A stretch of DNA of 63,665 nucleotides, the filler included. It is 5 parts of 5 records of this genome, joined end to end, with 100 filler letters (N's around TTAATTAATTAA, not from the genome) between each part and the next. Parts side by side here need not be neighbours in the genome. Positions count along the whole stretch, not along the records: positions 1 to 11,501 come from DRR378314_1015; 4 more parts are not named here. One strand, given 5' to 3'. Below, piece after piece: positions 1 to 11,126 of this stretch. The notes under the pieces are model-generated. The model was not told where the DNA came from. It did not search any database and worked only from the letters and a program-made list of their open reading frames with translations. Every line of letters starts with the position of its first letter. Position 1 is the first letter of the stretch. A program made the translations under genes and the position numbers.

Positions 1-3000
1 CCGCCTCTGTCCTACGCGCGGGAGGTCCGTGGCCCAGTCTGGCGCGCGTGATGCGCATCGTACCTCGAACGCGCCTCTGTCTGTGCGAGTTCCTTGTACA
101 CGAATGTCGACCGGCAGTGGCGTACTGAATGGATTGCGGAATGAGAGCATGAGTGGCGTGGTATTTTCCAACGGAGCGATGTGGGTTTGCATGGGCATCC
201 GAGAGGGTGGTAGGCCGGTTCCCGCAAGTTCAAACACCCATTCGCCTATGTCGCTCGAAGTGCAGGTGATGGTGGCAGACTCTTTCTGACCGACAGCCGC
301 GGGGGAGTACTCTACGCACGCACTCACGGTCTGCAGTGGCCCGATGGTAACACTTGCAGGTGTTGGCACAAATGCGGCAGGATGCGAAGAATGCACTTGG
401 ACGGTGGCGTCGCGATCGCTTGGATTCTCCAGCGTAAAGGGTATGGGAACGGAGGCGCCGACGATGCACTCGACCGGCGGCAAGACGGCTGGCGGAGGTC
501 TCTCGGCACAGAGGTCGACCTCGTACCAGTACTCGCCTACTACATTACTGACGAATGCTACGGAGCCGCTTTCGTGCGCGGCAACAAGCGGGGCGAAGAT
601 TGCCTCGTACTGGACTGTCTCGTGCGGCGGCACAGTAAGAACGGGGTCGCCCAGGAGGCCGTTGCCTTGCAGGTCGACGCTGAAGTCGACGGGATGGGCT
701 TCGGGATTGTGCACGTCGAACGATACCGCGACGGCTTCGCGTACGCGACACTGAACTGAAACCAGTTGTTCTGCCTCAGGTCGCGAGGCTCGAACCTCGA
801 GCGTGTACCACGCGAGGGCCTCTACGCCGGCAGCAGCAAATGATACCGAGCCTCGGTAGACCCCCGAGCGCGTCGGCCGGACGGCGAGCTCGTATTCTGC
901 AGCGTCTGCACCTGCTGGCACAGTGACCGAGGGCTCTCCGCCGACAAATGGAATGTCCGACTCGACTGCGAGCGTAAACGGGTGCGCACGGTCTCCCAGG
1001 TGAGGAACGCGAAGCGCTACACGGCTCGTGCTACGGGCGCGCGCGTCGATGACAAGATGGTCCTCGGCGAGCGGCTCGCTGCCTTCGCCGAGGAGCCGGT
1101 ACGCAAACTTGTCGTTGGTGGACGTGTTTGTCAGCACGAGCTCGCCCGCGACGGAACACGGAGCTTCGGGCGCAAACGAAAGCACGAGTGGGCGCGTCGT
1201 ACGCGGAGGCACCATGATTTCGCGCGGGGCGCGAAAGTAGTCGCCTGTGACTGCGGTGCGAATGGTCCACGCCTTTTCCGTCGCATTGGCGAGCGGAATG
1301 TCTTGGGACACGGAGCGCCGCGCGGGCGCCGCGAAGTGCAGCGCTGCCTGATCGCTGGGAATTGAAACTGCCATGTCCACTTCCGCAATCCGCACGTCGG
1401 TATCGCAGCGCAGTAAAAGCTTGCAGTGGTAGAGGCCAGCGGCGCGCGCGCGGACGACGAGCGGTATGCGAAGGGGTGCGCCCGAGGGCGGGATCGCCAG
1501 CTCGCGCGGCCCTGAGAACAGCGAGCTCGTGTACTCGATTGTGTACGCGTGGCTGCTCGGGCTGTCGCCGATCGCGCGTATCTGGTCCCGCCGCTCACGT
1601 GTTGCGTCAGCGTTGCGATCGAGCCAAGCGTTTTTAGCGCGCTCGAAGAGCGCATTTTTCGCCGCGAGTGTGACGTCGCGCGCTACGGAGCCGGCCGCCG
1701 CCTCCACAGTAAGCTTGATTGTCTCGGCGGGAGGCGGTAGTTCGGACTCGCCAATGGCTTCGATGACGAACTCGCCTGCTGTCCGATCGACAAAGAGCAC
1801 CGCGCAGCGAAACTTGCCGAGCACAAAGGGGAGGAACTGCAGTTGCACTGTGCCGCGCTCGCCGGGGCCCAGCTCCAGGGTACTTGCCTTGACAGCGTAC
1901 GCAGTCGGGGCGAGCAGGTTCGCGTCGGATTCCTTGGTGGAAGCAGCGGCTTCGGTGCTCGCGCGGCCGGCTGGACGGTTTGCGTGCTGGCGCGCATCGC
2001 GCGCAGCCGCGGGGGCCCTCGGCGCAAACGGACTGTAGGGCACTGTGGAGAGAATGGTTTGCTGGAGCGATATCGCGAACGAGCACGGCTCGTTGAAAGG
2101 GTTTGTTACCGGAACGTCGACGGTGCGCGCCTCGTACATACGCCCGGTGTGGCGGACCGTGTCTGCGGCGCGCCACGCTGCCACTTTGCTGCGGAGAGCA
2201 AACACAAGCATCGCCGGCGGTGTGGCCCCTACGCGATGCGAACGCAAAAAGAGGCGCGCGGTGATCTGGCGGGAGAACCGAGCACGGAACGTGACGTGCA
2301 GCGCAGCGGTCTGTCCCGGCGGAATCGCAACGGTGGCGGTGTCCAGCGAAAAATCCTGCGACCCGTCGACGCGCGCAACATAGGTGACCGTTTTCTTTGC
2401 TGGGTTCGTCAGCTCGATTGCCTTGGTGCGCGTGTCGTTGAGACGCGTTGCGAACTCGATTGTCGCGCGTGGCGTGAACAGCGGCAGAGTGTCGAACAAA
2501 TAAGCGCTCAGGAGCAGCATGTTTGTCCAACGCGGTGTTAGGAGGGCGTCGGGCTCGGGTATGAGCTCGAGCTCGAGCTCGCGCATAGCTGCATGTACTT
2601 TGGCGGCGTTTGCAGCGCGCTGCTCCTTGTTCGCTGGAGACGCGATGAGGGTGTGCAAGCGGAAGAGAAAGGGGCAGTGTGCAAGCAGCACACCGCCGAA
2701 GACGAGCCCGTCGGCGAGGTCGGTGGTGAAGTTTTGCACGCTGCGCGCCTTGGTGATCCCTGCGCGCGCTGCGTGCACTGTAAGCCACCGCAGTAGCGCC
2801 TGTTCATGGGGCGAGTACACGTTGCTCCCTGTCGGGAGGGCCTCTGCTGGTCCCGCGGAGTGCGTGCCGTCGAGGGTGTCCGGACGCACGCGCGCCACGG
2901 CAAACACGCGGACGACCTGCATGAGGACTGCGTACCACGCGCGGCGGGAGATTTCCGGGTACGCTGCAGCCCATGTGTGGCGGAGCGCCGCGGTGGCCGC

Positions 3001-6000
3001 AGGCACGTCGTCGGCGGCGACATGCGCCTCGACGGCAGCGGACATGGCGGCGACGAAGTCGTCCCGTGGTAGCAGATACTCTGCCCGAACAGTGGCGAGC
3101 AGCGCCCCGTGCGTCTTGAGGAACATGAGCATTTTCTCAGTGTGCCGCGCTAGCGCGATCGCTCGCTCGCGCCGCGCCTGTGGAATCCGCAGTGCCGTCA
3201 TCCCTGGAATTCGCTTGCCGGAGAGGTTTTCGATGAGCGCCACCACTGGCGCGCCATGTGCGCTTGTGATGTCCTCTGGGAACCTTGTCAGCGGTGCCGG
3301 CAGGGCGCTGGCGTTTGCCCAGCGCATAGCCCACTCGAGATCCGCCGCAGGCACCGATTCGCCCTGCAAAAGACCTGTCAGCATCGCCGGGACGGCCATT
3401 GTACTGGCCGCGTTTCCGACGGTGGCGATGGTTTCTTCCGGCCCCGCGTTGCCATTGTGCAGGGCCCTGTGTTGCGCGAGTTCCTTCGTCCTGCCCGACG
3501 GCAAAGCGAGCAATGTGTCACGAGGCGAGTGGTACGTGTCTGCTGCGCTGTTGTCGGTATGCGAGTTCTCGTCGGCGGCGCTGGGTCGTGGCGAACTGGT
3601 GCCGTCTGCAGCCGTCAATGCGGCATGCGCCGCGCTGAATCGGTACCCCGCTTCTGCTGGCGCCTCCAGCACAGGTGCAAAGTCGAGGTCGTGCGCGCGC
3701 GCCCTTGCGGGCTGCTCGCCGGCGTCAGCGTGCATACGTAGGAGCGCGGGGCTGGCGCTGTTGGGCTGGTCGTCGGACTGGTGCTGCACGTCTGGATACT
3801 CTATGGCGTATACCGACGGCGGCGTACGCAACAGGAATGGATAGGTTGTCAGTACTGACGCATCTGTCGTTCCCGATACGAGGATCCCAAAGCGCGAGCC
3901 TTCGTTGTCGAGGAACTCGATTCGCGCCGAGAACGAGACTGGCTTCGCTGAGCACAAGGACACATCGACGGCGAGGCGGTTGCGTGCAATACCGACGAGC
4001 GTTCCCTCTGGGAAGTCGATGGCAAGCGGAATGTGATTCACAGTGTCGTTTGGCAGTCTGTACTGTAGATCAAGGTTGTCGAACCCTTGGTTCAGAATGT
4101 AGAATCGGCGTGTGGAGCGAACGCGGACAGGGACGATGGGCAGGACGACCTCTGTGCGATCGAACGCAAGACGGGGCAAAATGCCCGTGCCGGTGAGCAC
4201 AATGTCGAGATACTTGCGTGACGTGTCACCGTTGAGTACTACAGGAATTTTTGCCGCAAGGCGCTGTGTGATGCGAGGGGCAAATGCGATGCGCACAGCG
4301 CACTGAGCGCCGACGTCGAGTCGCCCTGCTGACGGCTCGATGCTCCACACGGGCGCGCCGCCGTGCGCCGGAAGGCCCGCGCCCGCGACGTCGAATGACC
4401 ACTGCAGGGGCTCATGCGCGTCATTCGCTAAGAGGATTTCTGTCGTGTGCGGGACCTGACGCCCATGATCTTGCAGAATGACACATTGTCCCATGTCAAT
4501 TTTCGTACGCGAAATGCGCAAAAGAGGCTCGAGTGTTGTGGCGGAGAGGGCGATGGACGGGATGCCTTTGCCCTCGTCGGCTTTTCCGCGTGGCCGCTGG
4601 CCGGCGATGGACAGAGGCAGGTGCCCGGCGTACGGGTCACACAATGCGCGTGGCGCAAATGTGAGCGTACACTCGACGACAGATAGTGGTGGAACATACA
4701 GTACATATGCGCGGATGCTTTGGCCTTGTCGTGGTGTGAGAGCGCATTTGCTGGCCGCTGCAGTGCTGCCAAGAAGCGCGTCGAGCTCGTCTGCTGCCGT
4801 GAGCTCGGTGAGGATTGGGTCGTCGTCCAGCGCGTCGCCCGACGTGGTGGCAACAACAGGGGTTGCACGACGACGCTCGCTGCTAGGTGTTTCGCGCCGC
4901 ACTGCCCGTGTCGCATTCTGCGATGGGTGGTCTGGCACCGACTTGCGCGAGACGATGCGCGCATGCTCTGCCGTAAAGTCCTTGTGATGTGTCAAGTCGA
5001 GCATGCAGCGTGCTGCGATCGGCGACTGGTTCGACAGCACGATGCTCTGCGCGGCTGTGCCTCCCACGTAGACGCTGCCGAACGCGAGTTGTGCTGGGTG
5101 CACTGCAACTGTGGGTACAAGTATCGTACCGATGACGGGCAGCACTAGCGCAGGGGCTCCGCGGATCTCGATGGATATCGCTGCTCCTACGTGGCGGGTA
5201 GTGCGCGGAGTATCGGACTGTGCTTCGGGCTCCGCGGAGGCGTTCGCTTCGCCGCCTGCGTATACGCACGGCGCGTCGGCGAGTGCCACGACTGGAATGC
5301 GCAGGGCGGACTCTGGCGGGATCGCCCCGGTGCGCGGCTCCACGCTGATCCCCTGAGGTACTGATACGACGCGATACGCTGCTGGTACGGCGGCGCCATT
5401 GCGCAGTGTGGCTGTCATGCGGACAGGTGATCCAAACGGTATAGTACCAAAGTCGAGCACTGCTTCTGCGAAGCGGCATTTCGGGGGAGCTGCCTCGCCA
5501 CGGCACGCGAGTGTGCGCTGTGGCCCGTCTGCGACTCGCATGACAAGGTCCTCGGCGGCGCGCGGCATCCCCTTTGGCGTGTACACTACGGTAAACGATT
5601 TGGATCGACCGGCTTCGATTGTGGCTACCGGCGGACGGACGTCGAATGCGGCGGTTGGGACTCCGGCCCATGCGACCTGCGCAGGGTGGTTACCGGTGTT
5701 TGTTGCGCGCAGGGATTTGCTGAGCTCAAACTCTGTCGAGGCCGGGTCGAAGGTGAACGCGAGCCTGTCTTCAGAGAGCTCGACATGAATGGGTACTACG
5801 TGTGCCGCGATTGTGAATTTCGACATGGTGCTCCCATTGATCGAGTAGCTCACCGATCTGCGGACGCGGCCGAGCTCGTGGCCGGTGAAGACGACGTCGA
5901 AGCCGGCCAGTGCGCCGGGCGGGACGACTTGGCTTGCCGGCGTGCTCGACGCGACTGCGGCAAAGTCAAAGTCCATCTCGACCAGGACGTGCTTGCTCGT

Positions 6001-8334
6001 CTCATTGAAGACAGCAAACGTTTTCCGGACGCTGGCGTTGATCGAGACTGCACCGAAGTCGAGAACCTTTGGCCCGCAGCGCACTTTGAGCACGTCGAGC
6101 GCCTCGAGCTGCATCCGGCAGTCGCGCTGCTCTGCCTGCGTACGCGGCTTCGGCTTGAACTTGACCTTGACGAGACGATCTGGGTCAAACGTCCGCGACG
6201 CTGCATCCACGGCGTATCCGGAGACCTCTGCATCGCGGTGCGAAAGCGGTTGCGAGCCGCGGGCGCGCAGAAAGAGCGGTTCGTCGGCACGTGGTAGTGC
6301 GAGGCGTGGGCTTGCGAGCCCTGCCGCCGGCTCGAGCCCCATGTCGACGCCGGCAGCGAGGGCCGACGGCGAGCGGCGCGCACGCAACTCCCTCGCGCGC
6401 CGCAGCGCTCGGTTTTGCGCAAGCGCGATGTGATACGATTGTTTATGCTCCTTCCGCTGCTGCAGTTCTGCGGGCGATACTGTGTAGGCGGGATTAAAGT
6501 CTGCGGCACGACCGGTGCCACTTTGGTCCACCGTTCTTCTCTGCGGCGCGGTGCGCTGGAGGCGTCGTTCGGCGTCGAGCTCACGGTGGGCGTCCTCTGG
6601 CGGCGGCGCAAAGGATCGCGCGCCGCCAAAGTCGCCTGGCAGTTTGTCAATTCCTTGCACCAGCGTGCGATCGCCGCGCGCAGCGCGTGTATCTCCGGCG
6701 GCGGGAGTTTTTGTGATCCCCAGAAGCTGGACAGCAATTGTGAGCGGTTCGCCACCGTTGACGGACCCGCGCAGGAGTGCGCGGTGCTCACCGAGCTGGC
6801 GCGGCGCAAAAGTGACGTCGACGGTCACGCTTTCCCGCGCCAGTAGCGTGCGATGCTTCGGTTTGCAGCGGAAATGCGCTTGCGCTTGCAAAACGAGCTG
6901 CGCCGCGCGCTCGTCAGACTGGTTGGTGATCACGAGCGGCATCGTGCGCGCTTCGCCGAGCACGCACGCACCGAAAACGAGTTTGGGCGTGTCCGTCGAG
7001 ACTTGTGCCGGGAGCGCGCGCCCGCGCAGTGTCAGCGGGATATGCTGTGCGAGGTCGGGTACGGAGATGGTGCACGTGCGGACCATGTCTTCGGCGAGCG
7101 TGCTTGGATCGGGGGCTGTCGAGGCAAAGCCGCGCTGTTGGGCGGCTTGTGTTGGAGAAAATGTAAGAACGATGCGCGCAGACTCAAATGGCAGGATTGT
7201 TCCCGCTGCAGGCGACGCGGAGAACGCGTCGGCGCGCGTTTCGTCGATGACGGAGCCCTCGCTCGAGACTACGGAGTGGCGCGACGGGCTGTCCCGCCCG
7301 TCTGCGGCAGTGTACTGCCCGTCGCGCGACGATGAAGAGGCTGGTCCTGCGCGCCGAAGGGCAAACATTTGCGGTGTCGGGCCGTTGTTGCATATAACAA
7401 TTTCGCGCGTAGTTTTTTCGCGAAAGAATAGCGTGCCAAAGTCTACGTTGCGCACGCCGCTTCCCTCGCGCGGTGCCGTAGCGGGGTCGGCGTCGCTGCC
7501 CGGCTTGCCCCACACGACTTCCACACGGTGCTCGATGGCTGCGGCGCTTATGTTGATGATTTGGTCATGTAGCTGCCCGTCGACCGATACAGCGAGAGCA
7601 GCGAAAAGCGACCCGACCTTGCGCGGCATGAACTCGATCTTGATGCGCTGGGATGCTCCGGGCGATACAACGCCGGTGCTTGGATAGGCATGCACCGTGC
7701 AAGGCCTGTCGGCGTCCAGGGCATTCGGCACGCCGGCGCGGTAGCTGCCCGTATCCTCCGTATGCGAATGTGCGCCGGCAGCTGTATCGCGTGGACGAAT
7801 GTCGGGTGCCTCGTTCTTGTTTGTACGCTCCGATATGTGAAATGTGGCAGCGCGAGTGCCGTGGTTTTCTAGCGTGAGGTGTTTGACGACGAGCTGCTCG
7901 ACAGCGACGGTTCCGAGGGCGAGAGCGTCCGGCGCGCGCAGGTCGGATCGCGGAAGGTGCGCCACCACCGGCACTTTGACGCGTCCGTTGGGTGTTTCGA
8001 TTTCCAGTTCATCGACCCACGATGGCGCAATGTCCTCTGCGCGGAAGATGAGTGTGAGCGGGATGCTGAGTCCCGGCGCCAGCGGCCGCGACGGCGGCGC
8101 CTCTATGCGGAAGCAGCTCGTTCGCGGCGGATGGACGCGAATTCTCTGCACAGTGCGGCCTTGGTTGAGCAGCTCGACCTGCAGCCGATACGTCGTCCCG
8201 GCGCGGACATTTTCGAAGACGATGTGCTTTGGAAATACATCAAGCGCGAGCTTTTGCAGTTCAATCAGAGCTTGGGCTGCTGTCGAGCGGGACAGTGTTG
8301 AGAAAGCCTCGGGGGCGAGTTCGGGCGCGGTCAT
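1..8334 (-). CDS. CFAP47: Cilia- and flagella-associated protein 47 (ASH/Ig-like repeats plus central calponin-homology domain); 3' end beyond the window edge
   Basis: Manual translation: ATG at 8334 (in-frame stop upstream at 8356-8358), no stop down to position 1 (2778 codons). Motifs: KFKPKPRTQAEQRDCRMQL, SQVVPPGALAGFDVVF, GILPRLAFDRTEVVLPIVP, VSGTTDASVLTTYPFL, CH domain SNVYSPHEQALLRWLTVH...VQNFTTDLADGLVFGGVLLAHCP, EPLAEDHLVI, VGEYWYEVDL, IGEWVFELAGTGLPP. A CAG acceptor at 8344-8346 suggests possible upstream exons. Confidence 0.85.
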   Translation of the reverse strand, partial: MTAPELAPEAFSTLSRSTAAQALIELQKLALDVFPKHIVFENVRAGTTYRLQVELLNQGRTVQRIRVHPPRTSCFRIEAPPSRPLAPGLSIPLTLIFRAEDIAPSWVDELEIETPNGRVKVPVVAHLPRSDLRAPDALALGTVAVEQLVVKHLTLENHGTRAATFHISERTNKNEAPDIRPRDTAAGAHSHTEDTGSYRAGVPNALDADRPCTVHAYPSTGVVSPGASQRIKIEFMPRKVGSLFAALAVSVDGQLHDQIINISAAAIEHRVEVVWGKPGSDADPATAPREGSGVRNVDFGTLFFREKTTREIVICNNGPTPQMFALRRAGPASSSSRDGQYTAADGRDSPSRHSVVSSEGSVIDETRADAFSASPAAGTILPFESARIVLTFSPTQAAQQRGFASTAPDPSTLAEDMVRTCTISVPDLAQHIPLTLRGRALPAQVSTDTPKLVFGACVLGEARTMPLVITNQSDERAAQLVLQAQAHFRCKPKHRTLLARESVTVDVTFAPRQLGEHRALLRGSVNGGEPLTIAVQLLGITKTPAAGDTRAARGDRTLVQGIDKLPGDFGGARSFAPPPEDAHRELDAERRLQRTAPQRRTVDQSGTGRAADFNPAYTVSPAELQQRKEHKQSYHIALAQNRALRRARELRARRSPSALAAGVDMGLEPAAGLASPRLALPRADEPLFLRARGSQPLSHRDAEVSGYAVDAASRTFDPDRLVKVKFKPKPRTQAEQRDCRMQLEALDVLKVRCGPKVLDFGAVSINASVRKTFAVFNETSKHVLVEMDFDFAAVASSTPASQVVPPGALAGFDVVFTGHELGRVRRSVSYSINGSTMSKFTIAAHVVPIHVELSEDRLAFTFDPASTEFELSKSLRATNTGNHPAQVAWAGVPTAAFDVRPPVATIEAGRSKSFTVVYTPKGMPRAAEDLVMRVADGPQRTLACRGEAAPPKCRFAEAVLDFGTIPFGSPVRMTATLRNGAAVPAAYRVVSVPQGISVEPRTGAIPPESALRIPVVALADAPCVYAGGEANASAEPEAQSDTPRTTRHVGAAISIEIRGAPALVLPVIGTILVPTVAVHPAQLAFGSVYVGGTAAQSIVLSNQSPIAARCMLDLTHHKDFTAEHARIVSRKSVPDHPSQNATRAVRRETPSSERRRATPVVATTSGDALDDDPILTELTAADELDALLGSTAAASKCALTPRQGQSIRAYVLYVPPLSVVECTLTFAPRALCDPYAGHLPLSIAGQRPRGKADEGKGIPSIALSATTLEPLLRISRTKIDMGQCVILQDHGRQVPHTTEILLANDAHEPLQWSFDVAGAGLPAHGGAPVWSIEPSAGRLDVGAQCAVRIAFAPRITQRLAAKIPVVLNGDTSRKYLDIVLTGTGILPRLAFDRTEVVLPIVPVRVRSTRRFYILNQGFDNLDLQYRLPNDTVNHIPLAIDFPEGTLVGIARNRLAVDVSLCSAKPVSFSARIEFLDNEGSRFGILVSGTTDASVLTTYPFLLRTPPSVYAIEYPDVQHQSDDQPNSASPALLRMHADAGEQPARARAHDLDFAPVLEAPAEAGYRFSAAHAALTAADGTSSPRPSAADENSHTDNSAADTYHSPRDTLLALPSGRTKELAQHRALHNGNAGPEETIATVGNAASTMAVPAMLTGLLQGESVPAADLEWAMRWANASALPAPLTRFPEDITSAHGAPVVALIENLSGKRIPGMTALRIPQARRERAIALARHTEKMLMFLKTHGALLATVRAEYLLPRDDFVAAMSAAVEAHVAADDVPAATAALRHTWAAAYPEISRRAWYAVLMQVVRVFAVARVRPDTLDGTHSAGPAEALPTGSNVYSPHEQALLRWLTVHAARAGITKARSVQNFTTDLADGLVFGGVLLAHCPFLFRLHTLIASPANKEQRAANAAKVHAAMRELELELIPEPDALLTPRWTNMLLLSAYLFDTLPLFTPRATIEFATRLNDTRTKAIELTNPAKKTVTYVARVDGSQDFSLDTATVAIPPGQTAALHVTFRARFSRQITARLFLRSHRVGATPPAMLVFALRSKVAAWRAADTVRHTGRMYEARTVDVPVTNPFNEPCSFAISLQQTILSTVPYSPFAPRAPAAARDARQHANRPAGRASTEAAASTKESDANLLAPTAYAVKASTLELGPGERGTVQLQFLPFVLGKFRCAVLFVDRTAGEFVIEAIGESELPPPAETIKLTVEAAAGSVARDVTLAAKNALFERAKNAWLDRNADATRERRDQIRAIGDSPSSHAYTIEYTSSLFSGPRELAIPPSGAPLRIPLVVRARAAGLYHCKLLLRCDTDVRIAEVDMAVSIPSDQAALHFAAPARRSVSQDIPLANATEKAWTIRTAVTGDYFRAPREIMVPPRTTRPLVLSFAPEAPCSVAGELVLTNTSTNDKFAYRLLGEGSEPLAEDHLVIDARARSTSRVALRVPHLGDRAHPFTLAVESDIPFVGGEPSVTVPAGADAAEYELAVRPTRSGVYRGSVSFAAAGVEALAWYTLEVRASRPEAEQLVSVQCRVREAVAVSFDVHNPEAHPVDFSVDLQGNGLLGDPVLTVPPHETVQYEAIFAPLVAAHESGSVAFVSNVVGEYWYEVDLCAERPPPAVLPPVECIVGASVPIPFTLENPSDRDATVQVHSSHPAAFVPTPASVTIGPLQTVSACVEYSPAAVGQKESATITCTSSDIGEWVFELAGTGLPPSRMPMQTHIAPLENTTPLMLSFRNPFSTPLPVDIRVQGTRTDRGAFEVRCASRAPDWATDLPRVGQRR

Positions 8335-8787
8335 GTGGCCTATCTGCAGGGATGCTCAGCTTGGCTGCAGGCGCCTCACAGCCACGTCGCTGCACAGATT
8401 TACACACGTTGGAGAGTCAATAGATAGAATATGGACACTGAGATGCTTGGGTTAGGGGTTGAATGAGCACGCTACGATGCATCGAATAGGCAAGTGGGAG
8501 CGGTCGACGTCAGCCGCGCGCCGCGGACGCGGGGCGCAGTGTCGCGCGCAGTGCCTGTGCAGGTCCTCCGCAGTGCAGCAACGCTATTCGTAGTATTCCA
8601 AGGATTGGTGAAATATGGTACAACTGCTACGACTACGATCATGTGCTTCAGTATCCAGAAACTGGAAGAAACGTCAAGGGGTTGGGAAGAAAAGGCGGCG
8701 GTACATGGAGTACAGAGCGCAGCTGGCGTGTACAGGGTTCGTTCGTAAGCGGGTGCTCGCCTGCCGCGCACATGCCTAGCAGCTTCG

Positions 8788-8813
8788 TGCTGCTGCTGCT
8801 GCTGCTGCTGCTG
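8788..8813. repeat. (TGC)8 / (CAG)n trinucleotide microsatellite
   Basis: tgctgctgctgctgctgctgctgctg read directly between CFAP47 and ARL6. Confidence 0.9.
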
Positions 8814-9703
8814 GCGCTGAGAACTTGGTTCTGGAATGCAGAAGCAGCCGAACCTATGATATTAGGGTTATCAAGCCGAGAACCATTACAGTAACAGCAG
8901 TGCTGGCGTATTTGCGCTTTACACCTGTGCGGGGTACAAGGTTACGAAGCTCAAAGGGTGGAGCTCCTATTGCTGCGCGCGCAGCATTGTTGGCCGACAC
9001 GGCGCTGCGGAGACGGACAGCCGTACCTATGCTGGCGCCTGAAGCGGCAGCGTCACTTTGTGAATAAAACCGTTGAATCGAACTTTTAACAACGAGATAC
9101 TGAAATTGGGGCGTATGCATGTAATCTTTGTGCACAGCTATGGGCAATGGGTCGACTGCGGCAGCTGCGACGAAAAGGAAATCTTTGCACTAGCCAGCGA
9201 TCGTTGGAATAGCGTGACGGTGCGCTGCAGACCTTGAAGCACCGCTGGGGGTACAGCAGGCGGCCGCGCCGCGAGTCGTTGGAGGATGCCGCGAGTCCAG
9301 GCAAGTGCGGTTGTGGTGCAGAGGGTCAGAGGTGAGAGGGCAGGGGTTAGTGCGGACGAGCGCAGGACCAGCGAGTACGTGCGCCGCGCAAGTTGGCTGC
9401 TGCTTGCCACGCGCTTACTGCGTCGACACGCGGGTGCGTGCGACGTACCGGGAATTTCGGACGGTGAAAACGGAGAAAGGGTACGTGGTTGACACAGCCA
9501 ATCTTTTGTATACCGCTTTATTTTCCCCTGGGTGCAGCATCGACTGCAGATCGCGGGGGCGCGTATGTGATTCGCCAGCACGCGGAGACGAGCGTGTGCA
9601 GTAGCGGGGCATTGGCATACACCGCCATGTTTTCTCATTTTGTTTCTAAATGCGTAACGCTCTTGTTCATATGCAGGCGTATCTACAATACAGAAGGATC
9701 GTT

Positions 9704-11126
9704 ATGGGATTTCTCAGCGCGGTACGTTGGGTCACGGGATGTTTTGGCTGCTGCAGTGCGCGTCGTGTGCGGCGGCAGCATGCCGCGGACGCGCCACGAA
9801 CTCTGCGCCGTTGGGCACTGCTTCCCATTTCCGAAGGCGTCTCCACGTATGCGCGATCGTAGGCACAAAGCAGTGTTTGCTAAGAACGCACGCGTGCGAC
9901 ATGTACGCGAACGATATCACAGGCGAAACGTTTGGGATTGAGAGGGGGGGGGCATTAGAGCGCTGGTTGCTCGTATACCGTCGCAGGCATTGGGTGAGAG
10001 TAGTGATAGCGACTGGAGACCTCCTCCCGTCTGTTCGGAAGCCGCGTTAGACTCCGGTAACAAGTCGGTTGGTTCTCTTTGCTATGCGCACCTTTTTTAT
10101 CGTTGCACCTCACATCGAAGCCTCTTCCTGGGGAATGGCCATATCCTTTAGCGAAATCGGCGGTTCCCTGTGCGCCACGTATTGCGCTGTGGCTCGGTGC
10201 GAGATTTCGTAACTCGCGAGGCGTGGCGTGCGCGTATGTAGCCACTGTTTCTGTTTGTGCTGCAGGTGCACACGCAGGGCCTCGCGAGTTCCGACCCGGC
10301 AAGGATACGGCGCTGTCCGAGGTGTATCAGTGCTCACGTGCCCTTATTCGCTCTTTTTATTGCTTTGCGTACCTGCTTGTAGCTCGTGTCCAAGGTATTG
10401 GGCCGAAAGAAAGCCAGTGTGCTGTGCGTTGGCTTGGATAACTCGGGGAAAAGGTACGCTCGTTGCGGCAGGGAAACGAGGCACGTGGGTCTTTCGCGAT
10501 CGCGCGACGCGTGGGCGCAGTAGAGCGGTTGGTACCATATACCTCGCGGCTTCCTGCAATTGACACGTGGTAGCAGCACGTAATAGGGGTATGTGCAGCG
10601 ATGGTTTATGGCAAGAGAGTAAGTGCTGGCGGGTTGTGAGCTCGTACGGGACGAGCAGTTGTAGATGCAGCTACCGTGGTGTGAAGTCCTAGCGTGGGTG
10701 TACTTGGGCGGAGCCTGTTTCGTGCGTGTATAGTTTGATTAGAACCTTAGGGCTAGGCGCACTATTCCCTTTCCAGTTTTGATAGTCTCATGCGACGACA
10801 TGTGGAGGATTTTGTGCATATAAAGCTCTCCATAGCATGTTGTCGGGCAAGACGTTGGCAGTGGGGACGACTTTGTGTCTGGCAGGATGTGCTTGCCGAC
10901 GCGTTTCGGGCATACCCGCTGCTGCCTCGCCGTAGAACTGACGAAATGGCCACGGACTGTGCACCGCATTCTTTTATTTTCTCGCAGTACCATTGTAAAC
11001 CATATGAAGCCAAAGTCTGCAACGTCTGCGGATATCGCGCCCACAGTTGGCTTCAAAGTCGAGAAGTACACGTTTCAAAATGTGCAATTTACGGTTTTTG
11101 ACATGTCCGGCCAGGGCCGCTACCGC
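9704..11126 (+). CDS. ARL6: ADP-ribosylation factor-like 6 (BBS3) small GTPase, spliced, 3' incomplete; exons 9704-9721, 10383-10453, 10988-11126
   Basis: Joining GT-AG exons gives MGFLSA|LVSKVLGRKKASVLCVGLDNSGKS|TIVNHMKPKSATSADIAPTVGFKVEKYTFQNVQFTVFDMSGQGRYR. Gly2, P-loop GLDNSGKS, switch I PTVGF and the ARL6-type FDMSGQGRYR are present. Intron phases are consistent. Confidence 0.92.

Noticed and set aside
12-8455. Dozens of Arg/Ala-rich ORFs in the track over contig 1
   Set aside because: Antisense or alternate-frame shadows of the single CFAP47 frame; none shows recognisable motifs
8788-8813. CAG repeat as a polyQ-coding upstream exon of CFAP47
   Set aside because: A TAG acceptor is nearby, but I could not build a convincing in-frame splice path to the main ORF
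8451-10756. Scattered TTAGGG-like words (about 8452, 8862, 10747)
   Set aside because: Isolated single copies, not a telomeric array
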